DNA of 63,153 bases, counting the filler, from Thraustochytrium aureum (lineage: Eukaryota), in NCBI GenBank assembly GCA_012862495.1. It is 3 parts of 3 records of this genome, joined end to end, with 100 filler letters (N's around TTAATTAATTAA, not from the genome) between each part and the next. Parts side by side here need not be neighbours in the genome. Positions count along the whole stretch, not along the records: positions 19,381 to 49,819 come from BLSG01000145.1; 2 more parts are not named here. One strand, given 5' to 3'. The notes beneath the pieces were generated by a model. It made no database searches. It worked only from the letters and a program-made list of their open reading frames with translations, and was not told the DNA's origin. This document shows positions 21,811 to 33,200 of the stretch, piece by piece (within the stretch, counting starts at the first letter, position 1; each line of letters begins with the position of its first letter). The position numbers were made by a program, and so were the translations under genes.

Positions 21811-24415
21811 TCAGCCCTGGTCTGTCACAGACGACAGGCCGCTCAGGCGCCGACTGGACCTCCGACTCGACGCCTGACCGAAGCTAAATCGGCGAGACAG
21901 GCTCGTCCGTGACTGACTTGCGCGCTTGCTGTGACGCGAATGGCAGCGGGACAAGGCCCGCACCATCTCGTCCGAGCCAACCTTGACGTTGTTCAGGTCG
22001 CAGCCTGTCGCAACCCAGTGCCTCAGCAGGTCTGAAAGGCTCCACACAGCCCCGTTGAGCCGAACCGGGTCTTCTAAAGGACTGCCAACTAGGTCGGTCC
22101 ATGAGAGGCTGAGCCGCCGGCTGTTGCGAGGCAGCTCCTCCCAGCGCAGCGAGGCGGCCACAAGGCCGCGCTCGTGCCGCTGCCACTCGGACCACGTTGC
22201 GAGCCATGCTTCAAACTGAGCTTCGCTCACGCCGAGCGCGTCTCGGCGCGCTGCGTCGAGCTCGCTCTCCGGGATCTCGATGTAGCGCGAAAACAGCATC
22301 TCGACGGCCGAGACGGGCAAGTCCAGCTCTTCGCGCAGCGCGATCTCGAACTTGAGGTACACGCAGACGTCGTCCACGGCGCCCAATTCGGCGATCTTGC
22401 GCTGCACGTGCTGGTGCACAATCCCAAGTCGCATCACGCCGCGGCCGACATCGCGCAGGGCAACAGCGTCGTCGCGCGCCTTGGCCACTCGCGCAAGCAC
22501 AGCCAGTTGGTTCAGCGCCCAAACCGGCTTGTCGCTGCACGTGTCCACGCTGCTCACCATCCGCGTAATGACCTCCCCGCGAGCAAACTCGTCCGAGCAG
22601 AGCGTCTCGAGCGCCTCCACGACTCGACGCGCAAGCCCGGGGCGCGACTCTGCTGCCGTGAACTCTTTGGCGCCTTTGAGCTTGGACAAGAAGAGCAGCA
22701 CGCCCCGCTCGTTGTCAGCGCTGACATGAGCGCCAACATCGAGGTGCTCGCCGGACGGCAGACCTGCTTCGTGGGCCCAAAATTCGACCGCCTGCGGCAC
22801 GGATGTAAAGTCGGGCACCTCGTGCGGCAAGGGCTCGCCCCAGCCCGTCGCTGCGCGTTGAACGATCTGGCCGACCTGGAAACGCACGTTGATATTGCGC
22901 ACTCCTCGGAGGCGCTCCATTTCGAGAGGATCGAGCCCAGTGCCAATCAGGTAGACCGTGTGCGGACGGCCGATCGCTGTCGCGCCCCACTCGAGGACGG
23001 CGTCTGGGAGGCGGCGGAGCGAGCTGCACCCAGAAAAGTCGGCGTCCTCGCCCGCTTGCGTGTCCACGGGCAGGCTCTGGAGCAAGGGGCAATTAACGAC
23101 GACCAGGCCTTCGCCCGCGCGCAGCCGCCCGCGGAACCTCCGCAACACCGTGCAGAGCTCGACGGTGACGTCGCCTCCCGACGAGACCCCGGGCGCATCC
23201 GTCAGCCGAAGGCACTCCACCAGGCCAAAGCTCCCTGGCACGTGGATCTCCTCCTCGGTCTCTACAAGCTTGTGCAACTGGCTAAGCCTCGAGAGGACGA
23301 CGTCCTTGCCGACGTCGAGCGTCGGCACAGTCTCCAGCGCGCTGCAGGCCATGACGCAGAGGCTTCCGCTCACGGTCAAGCCCTCCGGCATGTTCACGAG
23401 GCTGCTGCACTCGATCACGTCGAGGTCGCCGCGCACGGGCGGAAACCTCGCGGGGAGCTGCGCGAGCGCGCGCAGCTTGCGAAGGTGAATGTTGCCGCCG
23501 ACCGCGAGGCCGTCTGGGAGTGTGCGGAAAGCCGCAAGGTCAGTGAGGACCAGGTCGCCCTCCACTTGGAGGCCGGCGTCTAGCTCTTGGAGATTTCGGC
23601 AGCTCCGGACCACCAAGTCCCCGCGCACCGTTCCCAGCGAAACGACTGACAGGCCGTCCATGCCTAATAGAGTAACGTTGCCGTGCCGAGGATCCAGCGA
23701 AGACAGCGCACGCAGTCCGCACCTCTGGAAAGACACGTGGCGACCGACCTGGACAGTGCCCCTTACGCCGTCCTCCACAACGTGCTGCAGCTTGGCGCAG
23801 GCAAATGCAGTCAGATGGCGCCCGACCGAGGCCCCGCCGCCTGCGGCGACCTGGCGGAGCTCGGGGCACAGGCTAATGTGCAGGTCATCCCGCACCGACA
23901 GGTGGCGCCCCAGGCTCCTCAGCTTGGAGCAGTTGCGGATCCACAGCGATCCCTCAATGGCGAGGTCGTCCGGGAGCGACGTCACGTGTGCCAGCCCGGC
24001 GAGGACGAGGCCGCAGCGGACGACGCAGCCCTCGGCCGCCTCGCTGCTTTCCTCCGCCCCGCCATCTGCGCTGAATTGCTCTGCGTCGGGGCGCGACCCG
24101 CGCGGGCGCGGGCGGCGGCCCGGAGCTCCCTGGCGCCTATCGTTTTCGCCTGCGATAACAAGGCTCTCGTCCGTCTCCACAGCGTAGGTGAGCAAGGCCG
24201 CCAGAATGCGGCTCCTCTCGGCGGGGCTGACGAACAGGTTTTGCAGCGTGTACCGGTCAATGCGATGCGCCGCAGCAGCAACAGTGTCCATGCCCCGTTC
24301 CACCAAGGTCATAAACACGGTTGCTCCTCCGTTGCCGCTCTCCGCGAGCAATTCGCTCAGCTCGCAGAACGACGACTCGCGCCCCACGGCGCTCACGCGC
24401 GTGCCCCACGCGCTC
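21811..24415 (-). CDS. LRR plus NEL (IpaH/SspH-type) E3 ubiquitin ligase with U-box-like tail; 5' end lies in or beyond gap 24416-24970
   Basis: Many ~22-aa repeats of the form LPxxLxVxGxLxlxxCxxL, then FLSKL...RRVVEALETL...VDTCSDK...LRDVGRGVMRL...VDDVCVYLKFEIALREELDLP...EMLF...WLATWSEWQ, which is colinear with the NEL domain. Confidence 0.85.
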
Positions 24416-25810
24416 NNNNNNNNNNNNNNNNNNNNNNNNNNNNNNNNNNNNNNNNNNNNNNNNNNNNNNNNNNNNNNNNNNNNNNNNNNNNNNNNNNNNN
24501 NNNNNNNNNNNNNNNNNNNNNNNNNNNNNNNNNNNNNNNNNNNNNNNNNNNNNNNNNNNNNNNNNNNNNNNNNNNNNNNNNNNNNNNNNNNNNNNNNNNN
24601 NNNNNNNNNNNNNNNNNNNNNNNNNNNNNNNNNNNNNNNNNNNNNNNNNNNNNNNNNNNNNNNNNNNNNNNNNNNNNNNNNNNNNNNNNNNNNNNNNNNN
24701 NNNNNNNNNNNNNNNNNNNNNNNNNNNNNNNNNNNNNNNNNNNNNNNNNNNNNNNNNNNNNNNNNNNNNNNNNNNNNNNNNNNNNNNNNNNNNNNNNNNN
24801 NNNNNNNNNNNNNNNNNNNNNNNNNNNNNNNNNNNNNNNNNNNNNNNNNNNNNNNNNNNNNNNNNNNNNNNNNNNNNNNNNNNNNNNNNNNNNNNNNNNN
24901 NNNNNNNNNNNNNNNNNNNNNNNNNNNNNNNNNNNNNNNNNNNNNNNNNNNNNNNNNNNNNNNNNNNNNNCACGCGGCCCGAGTCCCGGCTGGGTTCGTG
25001 ACGTATTTGTGGATGTGGACTTGGCGGCGAGCAAGTTGACGCGCAAGCAGTGGCTCAAGCTCGCGGTCGAGACAACCAAGGACCGGGCCCTCCAGGACGC
25101 CATCGTTTCCCGCGCGGCCCGGACTGGCCCGGCTCGTCGTGGTTGGGGGCGCCGGCAGGATGTAAGAATGCAAGAACACCACCTTGTCGGCACCGGGCGC
25201 CACGATGAAGCGCCTGGCTGGCCGTGAAAACGGCCCGAGAGCTGGCACATCCGCATCGTCAACGAGGCGCACACCAGCAAGCGCTCATCCTGCTGCCACT
25301 CGCACGGCATGCAGGGCGAGCACTGCCCACTTTTGAACGAGCCGGCCGCACTCGCACATGGGCCATCATCAAGCATCTTGAAGTTTCGTTAGGTATCCGT
25401 TGAGGCGGCGGGCAAACGCCCGACGCCAACGACGCCGTCGAGGTCTCTGCCCAGCGCGCTCTCCGTACTCTGCTGCGCTTTCGTCGACTTGCTGCGTGGC
25501 CTTGCAGAGTGTGGGTGTTCTGTCCGGTTTGGCTTCTTTCCAGGTGGTTGATGGCTGGTTGTCCTCTCTCGAGTGTTGCGGGCCTCGCAAGCGACGGCGG
25601 CCTGCGAGGCTTCACTTCATTTGCAGTTGTTAGATGCAATTCGTGTCAAGCCAGGTTCGCTTGGCGAGGAGGTCGTGCATGTGGCAAGAGTGATCGAGTG
25701 CCAGGCGCTCGGCGACTCGCGAAAGGCGCTTCGTTGCCAGGGTGCAGGCAGCGGCGTTCGAGGCCTGCGCGGTCGTCGCGTTTGGCGTTGAGCCTAGCAG
25801 CCGAGGCGCG

Positions 25811-26923
25811 ATGAGCGATGCCGAGTCGAGCGAGATGTTCCGGATGACAAGGCACGACTTGGACGGGCTCGGGGGGGCGCTGGCAGAGCTCAACGCGCAC
25901 GTGAGCAGCCTTGAACCAGGCGAGCCCCACTTTGCGCTTGTGATCGGCAGCGGGTCCGCGCAAGCGAACGGGATCTACGCGCGCGCCGCGAGGCTGCACG
26001 AGGGGGCGCCAGTGTATATTTCGCCCGCAGGGCACGCAATCAGCTTGGAGGTCATCAATGGCGTCCCTGGGTGGATACTCGGCAAGTGGCCTCGGGTGCT
26101 CTACGGGTGCTGCACCGACCCAGACCGCGTGCCGTTCCGCGAGTCGTTCACGGCCTACGCCGGACTTGAACCAGCGTGCAGGCTGTTCGCACTAAACCAG
26201 AATATGATGCGGATTTGCGGTGCGCTGCGCGTCCAGGGCTCGCGCGAGCGCGAAGCTCGCGAGGTCTGGGCTTGGGTTCAGGGTCAATTCTTTATGATTA
26301 GCGCAGCGCGTGGGTCTCCTGTGCTCGACCAGTTCGACATGACAGAATTTGCCGTCCGACCGCGCCAGCAGAACGCCGGCGGCAACGCGGCGCTCGAGCT
26401 GGTGAGGCCACCCAACGTAGACGCTGACCAGCGCCCCAGCAGCGTAGTTTCCCCTCAAGCTCTCAGCAAGGGAGTACCAGACGGTGTCGTTGTGGATGCA
26501 ACCATCACGTGCCCCAGCAGCGAGGATATGCTCTTGTGGCTTGCAACCCTCGAGGTCATGGTGGCCTGCTTTCGCGTCGACGTGCGGACGCGCGACGGTG
26601 GGGCAGAAGTGAAGCGCGCTGCACAGAGCGGCACGCCCGCGAAACCCAAGCAGGTCGAGTACGAGAACAAAACGAGCGAGGAGGAGCTGCTTGCGCACTT
26701 TCGCGGCGTCAAGGCGCACATGGAAGCCGAGGAGGACCGGAGTCGGCGGTCGCGGGAGCGGCGCCTCAAGCGCATGGACACCGCGGAGCGCGAGGCACTT
26801 TTGGCAGAGGAGGCTGCTACGAAAGAGCACGAGGAGCGCAAAGATCGCATGCTCAAGTCGCAGCTGCGACAGTACGCGAGCGCAAACCCGCTCAAGTCGG
26901 GCGGCCGCAAACCGCGCGTATAG
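25811..26923 (+). CDS. hypothetical protein with PH-like domain and charged coiled-coil C-terminus
   Basis: ATG-started ORF; ICGALRVQG...VWAWVQG...TCPSSEDMLLWLATLE resembles the PH first strands and terminal Trp helix. Confidence 0.55.
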   Translation: MSDAESSEMFRMTRHDLDGLGGALAELNAHVSSLEPGEPHFALVIGSGSAQANGIYARAARLHEGAPVYISPAGHAISLEVINGVPGWILGKWPRVLYGCCTDPDRVPFRESFTAYAGLEPACRLFALNQNMMRICGALRVQGSREREAREVWAWVQGQFFMISAARGSPVLDQFDMTEFAVRPRQQNAGGNAALELVRPPNVDADQRPSSVVSPQALSKGVPDGVVVDATITCPSSEDMLLWLATLEVMVACFRVDVRTRDGGAEVKRAAQSGTPAKPKQVEYENKTSEEELLAHFRGVKAHMEAEEDRSRRSRERRLKRMDTAEREALLAEEAATKEHEERKDRMLKSQLRQYASANPLKSGGRKPRV

Positions 26924-27440
26924 TTGCTGGTTCGTCGCGCAAGGCGAGAATCAGCGAAGCGACGCGGCTCACGGGGCGCATTTGCCAGTGACTGCCAAGG
27001 CGCGACCTCCGCAGGGCGCCGCAATTGATTTGACGCGCTTCCTAGCGCGACTGGAGCCAACAAAGAGTCTACCGTATTGCTGTACCACATGCGCGCTGCC
27101 CTGCCCGTGAAACAGGCTCAGGCCCGGTAGCCTTGCTCGACCTCTCGCCCATGCTTCCCAGCGCTGGCCGCAAGCTGTGCCACACCTGCGAGAGAGTTTG
27201 GCCCTGCGCCAGTCCGAAGCCCATCGTGTGTCGCATAGGAGTGGACGACAGGTAGCGTAGAGTCCTGTACCCTCAACCCTCTCGAACGGCAGGCGCTCGT
27301 GGCCGCCTCGCCTCCCGAGCCCTCTTCGCAGCGCGCGGCTGAGCTCAGGCTGCCGCCGCAGAGCCAACGCGCTGCTGCGGCGCCGCTTCTCGGTCAAGTC
27401 AACTTGGGGTCGCTGCCAGCATCGGCGCATTTTGGACGGC

Positions 27441-28787
27441 ATGGACGCGCCTGCCACCGACCGACACGGCCTGGCGCTGTGGGCGCGGACGCCGACAGGA
27501 CTGGAGCGCGAGCTGTGCCGCGAGGTACTGGGGCTGCTGGGGGAGCGGGCCGATGCGGGGGCAGCCGAAGTGAAGGACGGCAACGTGGTTGTGCCACTTC
27601 GGGAAAGCTGCAAGGTTGGAGCAGCTGAAGTTCTCCGGCTGCGTTGCGCGGAAAAGGTACTGGTGCGCCTGCTCAAGGCCACAGATGATGCTTTGAGGTA
27701 AGCAACGACGACGATGGCTTGGCGGGCTCGTTGGCCTCGAAGGGCCAAGGCTTGCACTTTGGTTTTGTAGAGGGCTCTATATAGTTGGGTTGACAGTCAA
27801 AGGCGCGCTCTTTATCACGCCGTTTACCACCGACGACGCGCAGCAGCACCGACAAGGAATCTGCTCTTCTTGCGGTCGAGCGCCTCGTCGGCTCCATCGC
27901 GGCGCCGGCCTGGGAGAGCGCCCTCGAAATGCGGCTCGACTTTGCATGCCAGGTTTCAAGCGGCGGGAAAGCCTCTGCAGGTCAGCGAGCAGGCGCCGCA
28001 GCAACTCTGCCGCGCCCCCGCCTCGACGTGGCCGCGGGCCCGCTTTTCCAGGTCAAGGGCAAGCGAACGGGCACTCACCAATTCGACAGCACAGAGATGC
28101 GCAAGGCGGCCTACAAGGCCATCAAGGCGACAAACCCGCGCTGGGAGGGGGTGTACAAGGGCGCCGAAGTCGACGTTGATCTCGCCGTGAGCGACTCGAC
28201 GATACAGGTCGGCATGCTTATCACCAGCGTTGAGCTGTGGCAGCACACGATGCTCCAGTACCCTCGCGAACTCGTTTCGACGCCGCTCAAGCCCATTCAC
28301 GCCTTCGGGCTTGCGAAGCTGACGCAACCGCAGACTGGCGACCTGCTGATCGACCCTGTCGCCGGCAGCGGGACAATCCTCGAGGTGGCCGCTCGAGAGC
28401 TTCCAGAGCGGCTGTTTTGTCTGGGCGGCGACGTCGACCCGGACAATGTCGCCAAGGTGGCCCACAACGCCGCTGCCTGCGGGCGAGGGGGCTATATCGA
28501 CGCGGTCGTTTGGGACGCGACTCGCCTTCCGCTGCGCGACGGCGTCGTGGACCGCATCGCTGCGGACATGCCCTTTGGGAAGCGGTGTGGCAACAAGGCT
28601 TCGAACCGCAAGCTATACTCGGCCGCTGTGAGGGAGTTTCTGCGCGTCATGCGGCGCGATGGGCAGCGCAGCGCAACCTCGCGTTGCGATCTTTTGTCTG
28701 CCGACATGGGAGCGATCGTGTCCGTTTTGAAGAACAAGCAGCTGCGCTACTCGCTCAAACTACACCGCCAGGCGCGCATGCACATCG
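27441..28787 (+). CDS. THUMP-domain tRNA m2G methyltransferase (THUMPD3/Trm14-like); intron 27698-27843; 3' end in gap
   Basis: Exon 1 has RTPTGLE and LRLRCAE. A GTAAGC donor at 27698 and CAG acceptor at 27843 restore the frame. Exon 2 has DPVAGSGTILEVA, GGDVD, WDATRLPLRDG and DMPFGKR. Confidence 0.85.
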
Positions 28788-29688
28788 NNNNNNNNNNNNN
28801 NNNNNNNNNNNNNNNNNNNNNNNNNNNNNNNNNNNNNNNNNNNNNNNNNNNNNNNNNNNNNNNNNNNNNNNNNNNNNNNNNNNNNNNNNNNNNNNNNNNN
28901 NNNNNNNNNNNNNNNNNNNNNNNNNNNNNNNNNNNNNNNNNNNNNNNNNNNNNNNNNNNNNNNNNNNNNNNNNNNNNNNNNNNGCTTGACGGCTCGTTTG
29001 CTGAGTTTAGTCCTTTACACTTGCGACGCTGGCCAAGCCAGACAGGAGGCGCCTTGCGCTGCGCCTGATCGGCGCGAGAGGGCAGCGAAGCGCCCTCGCG
29101 AACAAGCCCCGTCCGCAGCCGATTAGCTGTGCAGCACCGTCCCCCTTTCAAGGTCGATCCGGCCGGCCGAATTGAGCAGCCAGGACAAGAGCAAGATCCA
29201 GCTTCCTTCACGTCCATGCGCGCATCCAGCCTGCAGGCCAATCTATCAACCGTCCCGCTTTCTCATTGACTGTCTCGGCCATGCGCCGACATCCGCATCG
29301 TGGCGATCAAAACATGTCGCTGGGGACCTGGCCCCGCGTCGGGGGTGGGCATGAAAAGGCAGCCATTGCGTCGCGGCTACGAAGAGCTCGCCTGCCCAAG
29401 GCCACCTGCCGCCGTCCTGTTGGAACGGGAACGTGATCGCCCGAGTCGCGTTGGAGTTGCATAGAGGTTCGCATCGTGCGTGGCGACGTACTCCTCGCGT
29501 ACCCCTCGCGCACTCCTCGCGTAACCCTCTGGGCTCGAGCAGCCTCTAGAGCTAGCGTCCACGGCAAGGGCTCTGCTAGGTAGCGCGTTTGGCGAATGCA
29601 TTTCTCTTTTTTTGACTGAATCTCTCTTGATTGACTTGAGCAAGATGAATAGGGCGCAACCTGAGCGAGCTGCCGTTTCGCCACAAAG

Positions 29689-30681
29689 CTAAAGGTTGAT
29701 GACGAGCCTGTCGGCGAGCGGCGTAGGCAGCGCGCGCAAGAGCAAGTACATGACCTTGAACAGCGGCGTGGCCACCACCCTTCGCGCTGGGGGCGCAGTG
29801 TCGACCGCAGCAGAGCAGATTGCTCGTGCAACGTCGCCCGGAAGCACGAATGCTAGACCACCCAAAAAGCTGTCCAATGGCAAGCTTTCGTGGTTGGCCA
29901 CAGTCATCTGCATGCCGCTGAGGAAGAGGTCGTCGCCGTTGGCAGCCAACCACTCGGGGAGTTGCTTGATCTGCGTGTGGATCATTGGCGTGTTAATCGG
30001 CCCAGGCTTGATCAACACGACGCGCAGGTTGAGGTTGGACGCGAGCGCCTCGCGCCGTATCGCGTCGGAAAAGCCCTCCAGGCCGAACTTTGTGGCCGAA
30101 TAGATGCCCTGAAACGGCCAGCAAACGGTCCCCGCAACGCTCGACACGTTGATGATCGTGCCGCCGCGCGGGCCGGCCGCCAGCAGGCGCTGGAACAGCT
30201 TGCACAGCCGAATGGGGCCGAGCAGGTTGACCTGCATCTGCAGCTCGATTTGCTTTACCGTCGCACTCAGCGCGGGGACACCAAACGCGACACCGGCGCA
30301 GTTGACGAGGCAGTCGAGGCCATCGCGCACGACAGCTGCGTCACGGCTCACGGCCTCGAAAAACTGCTCGCATTCCTCCTGGTTGGAGATATCGACGCGG
30401 TGCGCCAAAACCTCGTGCCCGGCTTGCGCTGCCTCCTGGCGCACCTCTTCGAGACCAGCCAAGTTGACGTCAACAGCGAAGACCCGCCAGCCCTTCGTCG
30501 CCAGCATCAGCACGAGCTGCTTCCCCACGCCGCTGGCGCCGCCCGTCACAACGCAGGTGCGTCCCGCCGCATCCTGCTTGAGCATTTCCTCGTCATGCGC
30601 GCGCTGCATCCACTCGTGCGCGGCGACGCCGACGAGGCCGGCCGCCGCAGCCCACTTGGCCACACTCCGCACGCGAGACAT
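29689..30681 (-). CDS. classical short-chain dehydrogenase/reductase with N-terminal hydrophobic segment
   Basis: VTGGASGVG, LVNCAG, NVSS, catalytic YSATK and IKPGPINT. Confidence 0.93.
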   Translation of the reverse strand: MSRVRSVAKWAAAAGLVGVAAHEWMQRAHDEEMLKQDAAGRTCVVTGGASGVGKQLVLMLATKGWRVFAVDVNLAGLEEVRQEAAQAGHEVLAHRVDISNQEECEQFFEAVSRDAAVVRDGLDCLVNCAGVAFGVPALSATVKQIELQMQVNLLGPIRLCKLFQRLLAAGPRGGTIINVSSVAGTVCWPFQGIYSATKFGLEGFSDAIRREALASNLNLRVVLIKPGPINTPMIHTQIKQLPEWLAANGDDLFLSGMQMTVANHESLPLDSFLGGLAFVLPGDVARAICSAAVDTAPPARRVVATPLFKVMYLLLRALPTPLADRLVINL

Positions 30682-30702
30682 TATCAGTGCTCGCACACAG
30701 CC

Positions 30703-30765
30703 AGACAGCCAGCCAGCCAGCCGGCCAGACAGACAGACAGACAGACAGATTGACTGACTGACTGA
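30703..30765. repeat. compound tetranucleotide microsatellite (CCAG/CAGA/TGAC) in the SDR 5' region
   Basis: Read directly from the sequence. Confidence 0.85.
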
Positions 30766-31550
30766 CGGGCAGTCGCCACGAGTTATCGATGCGAATCGAG
30801 CGCGCTTGCCGTCCTTCAAGCCAGCGATGTGATGATGGCACTGCCGATGCGACTGTCGAGGAGGACTCCGAGCAAAACGTATCGCCTCGGCCTACGTCCG
30901 CTCATCCATCCACGGTGTGAATTCACTGCGCGACGTCAAACGATGCTCGCGCCATCCTCGGTATTGATCACGCTCGCGNNNNNNNNNNNNNNNNNNNNNN
31001 NNNNNNNNNNNNNNNNNNNNNNNNNNNNNNNNNNNNNNNNNNNNNNNNNNNNNNNNNNNNNNNNNNNNNNNNNNNNNNNNNNNNNNNNNNNNNNNNNNNN
31101 NNNNNNNNNNNNNNNNNNNNNNNNNNNNNNNNNNNNNNNNNNNNNNNNNNNNNNNNNNNNNNNNNNNNNNNNNNNNNNNNNNNNNNNNNNNNNNNNNNNN
31201 NNNNNNNNNNNNNNNNNNNNNNNNNNNNNNNNNNNNNNNNNNNNNNNNNNNNNNNNNNNNNNNNNNNNNNNNNNNNNNNNNNNNNNNNNNNNNNNNNNNN
31301 NNNNNNNNNNNNNNNNNNNNNNNNNNNNNNNNNNNNNNNNNNNNNNNNNNNNNNNNNNNNNNNNNNNNNNNNNNNNNNNNNNNNNNNNNNNNNNNNNNNN
31401 NNNNNNNNNNNNNNNNNNNNNNNNNNNNNNNNNNNNNNNNNNNNNNNNNNNNNNNNNNNNNNNNNNNNNNNNNNNNNNNNNNNNNNNNNNNNNNNNNNNN
31501 NNNNNNNNNNNNNNNNNNNNNNNNNNNNNNNNNNNNNNNNNNNNNNNNNN

Positions 31551-32330
31551 AGAAAAGTCGCTCCGTCGGCGCAGCGAAAGCTTTTCGCTGCTCTTGCGCT
31601 TGACAGCATGGATCTCGCGAAACAGCGGGACCTCCCCTGAGCTCCTGCCGCCCGGCAGCAGGCGCGGGGCCTCGACCTCAAAGGTGTCTCCATCCTGCTC
31701 GTCGTCGCTCAAGCCGACGTTGAATGGCGGCGCGAACGCTTCGCTGGACACCTCGTTGCTCGGCTCGGCGGCAGCCTTTTTGGCGAGCGAGGGTCGCGCC
31801 GGGAGGGGCGGGGCTCCAGTGGCTTCCTTGCCGCCCTTGAACGAGATTCTCCTCGTGACCATCCGGCTTAGGCGGAAAAAGGTCGAGGTGGTGCGTGGAG
31901 CGACGGGGGGAGCCGTGCTGCGGGGCGGCGGAGCCGGGTGCCCGGCGATGTCGGATTCGTCGTTCTCGGCGTCCCATGGTTCGCTGCACCAAGTCATGGC
32001 GCGACCGCGCTCCTCGTCGACGGGGCTGGCGTCCTCATCAGGGCCGTCGCTCACCGTGGTGGCGTCGTCCTGGAAAAAGGCGTCGTGGCGGAACGAGGGG
32101 ACATTCCGCTTGAGCGATTCGAACTCCTCGGCGAAGGCTCTGTTGCTCACGCGCTTGTCGCGCAGCGCGTCCAGGAAGCTCGCGTCGACCTCGAACTCCC
32201 CAGGGTCCTTGAACACGTGCCTCACGGATACGTACGCGGTGGCCATGCGCTCCCGCTTATTCCTGGCCATCGTCCCATCCTCCTTCTCCGGCCCTCTGGA
32301 GCCCTTGCGCATCCACTTGATCCGCCTCAT
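31551..32330 (-). CDS. hypothetical low-complexity protein, N-terminal part (runs into gap)
   Basis: ATG-started open frame of about 260 codons rich in Ser/Pro/acidic residues; no domain recognised. Confidence 0.45.
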
Positions 32331-33020
32331 CTTCGCGAGCGCTTTCTCGCTCGGCCAGCGCGGCCCAATGTGGCCAAGTGGGTATAGGGGAGAGGGTGGG
32401 GGGGGAGTAAAAGTCCGTCACGTGCCTCGTCGAGCGTCGCGTCCGCAGTCGGCGTCCGCGCGCGAGCAGGCCGAGCGCCGGGCGGCAAGTCGCGGCCCGC
32501 GCCCGCGCAAGGCCACGTCCAGCACCAGGCCGCCTCGCGTCCGGCCAGCTTGCGAGCGCACCAGCGCGTTCGATTGGTGTCTGCTCGTCGTCAAGCTCTC
32601 CTGTTCTCTTCCGCTTGTCTGCAATCGCGAATGGGCTCTGCCCGCCTCACTCCGAGTCACGCGCTCTCGGGCGCCTCCACGCTCTTGAAAACCGCGGCGC
32701 GACCAACCTCGAAAAAGTGCGAGATCAAGATTGTGCATCGCCGAAAGTGGAACCCGCCAAACAGAGCCCCAGCAAGTGGGCTGGGGGGAGTGGGAGACGA
32801 TTGTGGTAACAGGGAGGGGCTATCCTGCAGGGAGGGCGCACGGCTGATAGGCGAAAGGTGGCAAAAGGGAGGGGCGGGACGTGCAGGGAGGGCGCGCGCC
32901 GATAGGCGCAAGGTGGCCTCGGCTTTGTGAGGCGCGCCTTCGCGCAGATGAACCCACAGAGGAGAGTGGCGATATCACGGCAACTCTTGAGTGAGTGCGT
33001 GGCACAACGGCGCGCGCGTG

Positions 33021-33160
33021 AAAGTAATATTGGATGTCAATAGTAGGTAATGAACGTCAAACGCGTACATGTATTGAAAGTCAATAGTTTAATTAAATAC
33101 GGAACGTCAATATTTCAACTAATGAATTTCAGATACATATATGGAACGTCAATAGTAGAC
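33021..33160. promoter_or_regulatory. AT-rich island with five copies of a TAnnGAACGTCAATA-like pseudo-palindrome
   Basis: GTCAA cores at 33036, 33056, 33080, 33106 and 33148, between divergently oriented genes. The regulatory role is inferred. Confidence 0.55.
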
Positions 33161-33200
33161 CACTCTCTTTTTCTTGACCAAGATCAAGGTCAAGACCAAG

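Noticed and set aside
24971..25272. N-terminus of the 1153-aa LRR-NEL ORF as given in the track
   Set aside because: Joined only through Ns and GTG-started; the opposite strand reads at least as protein-like.
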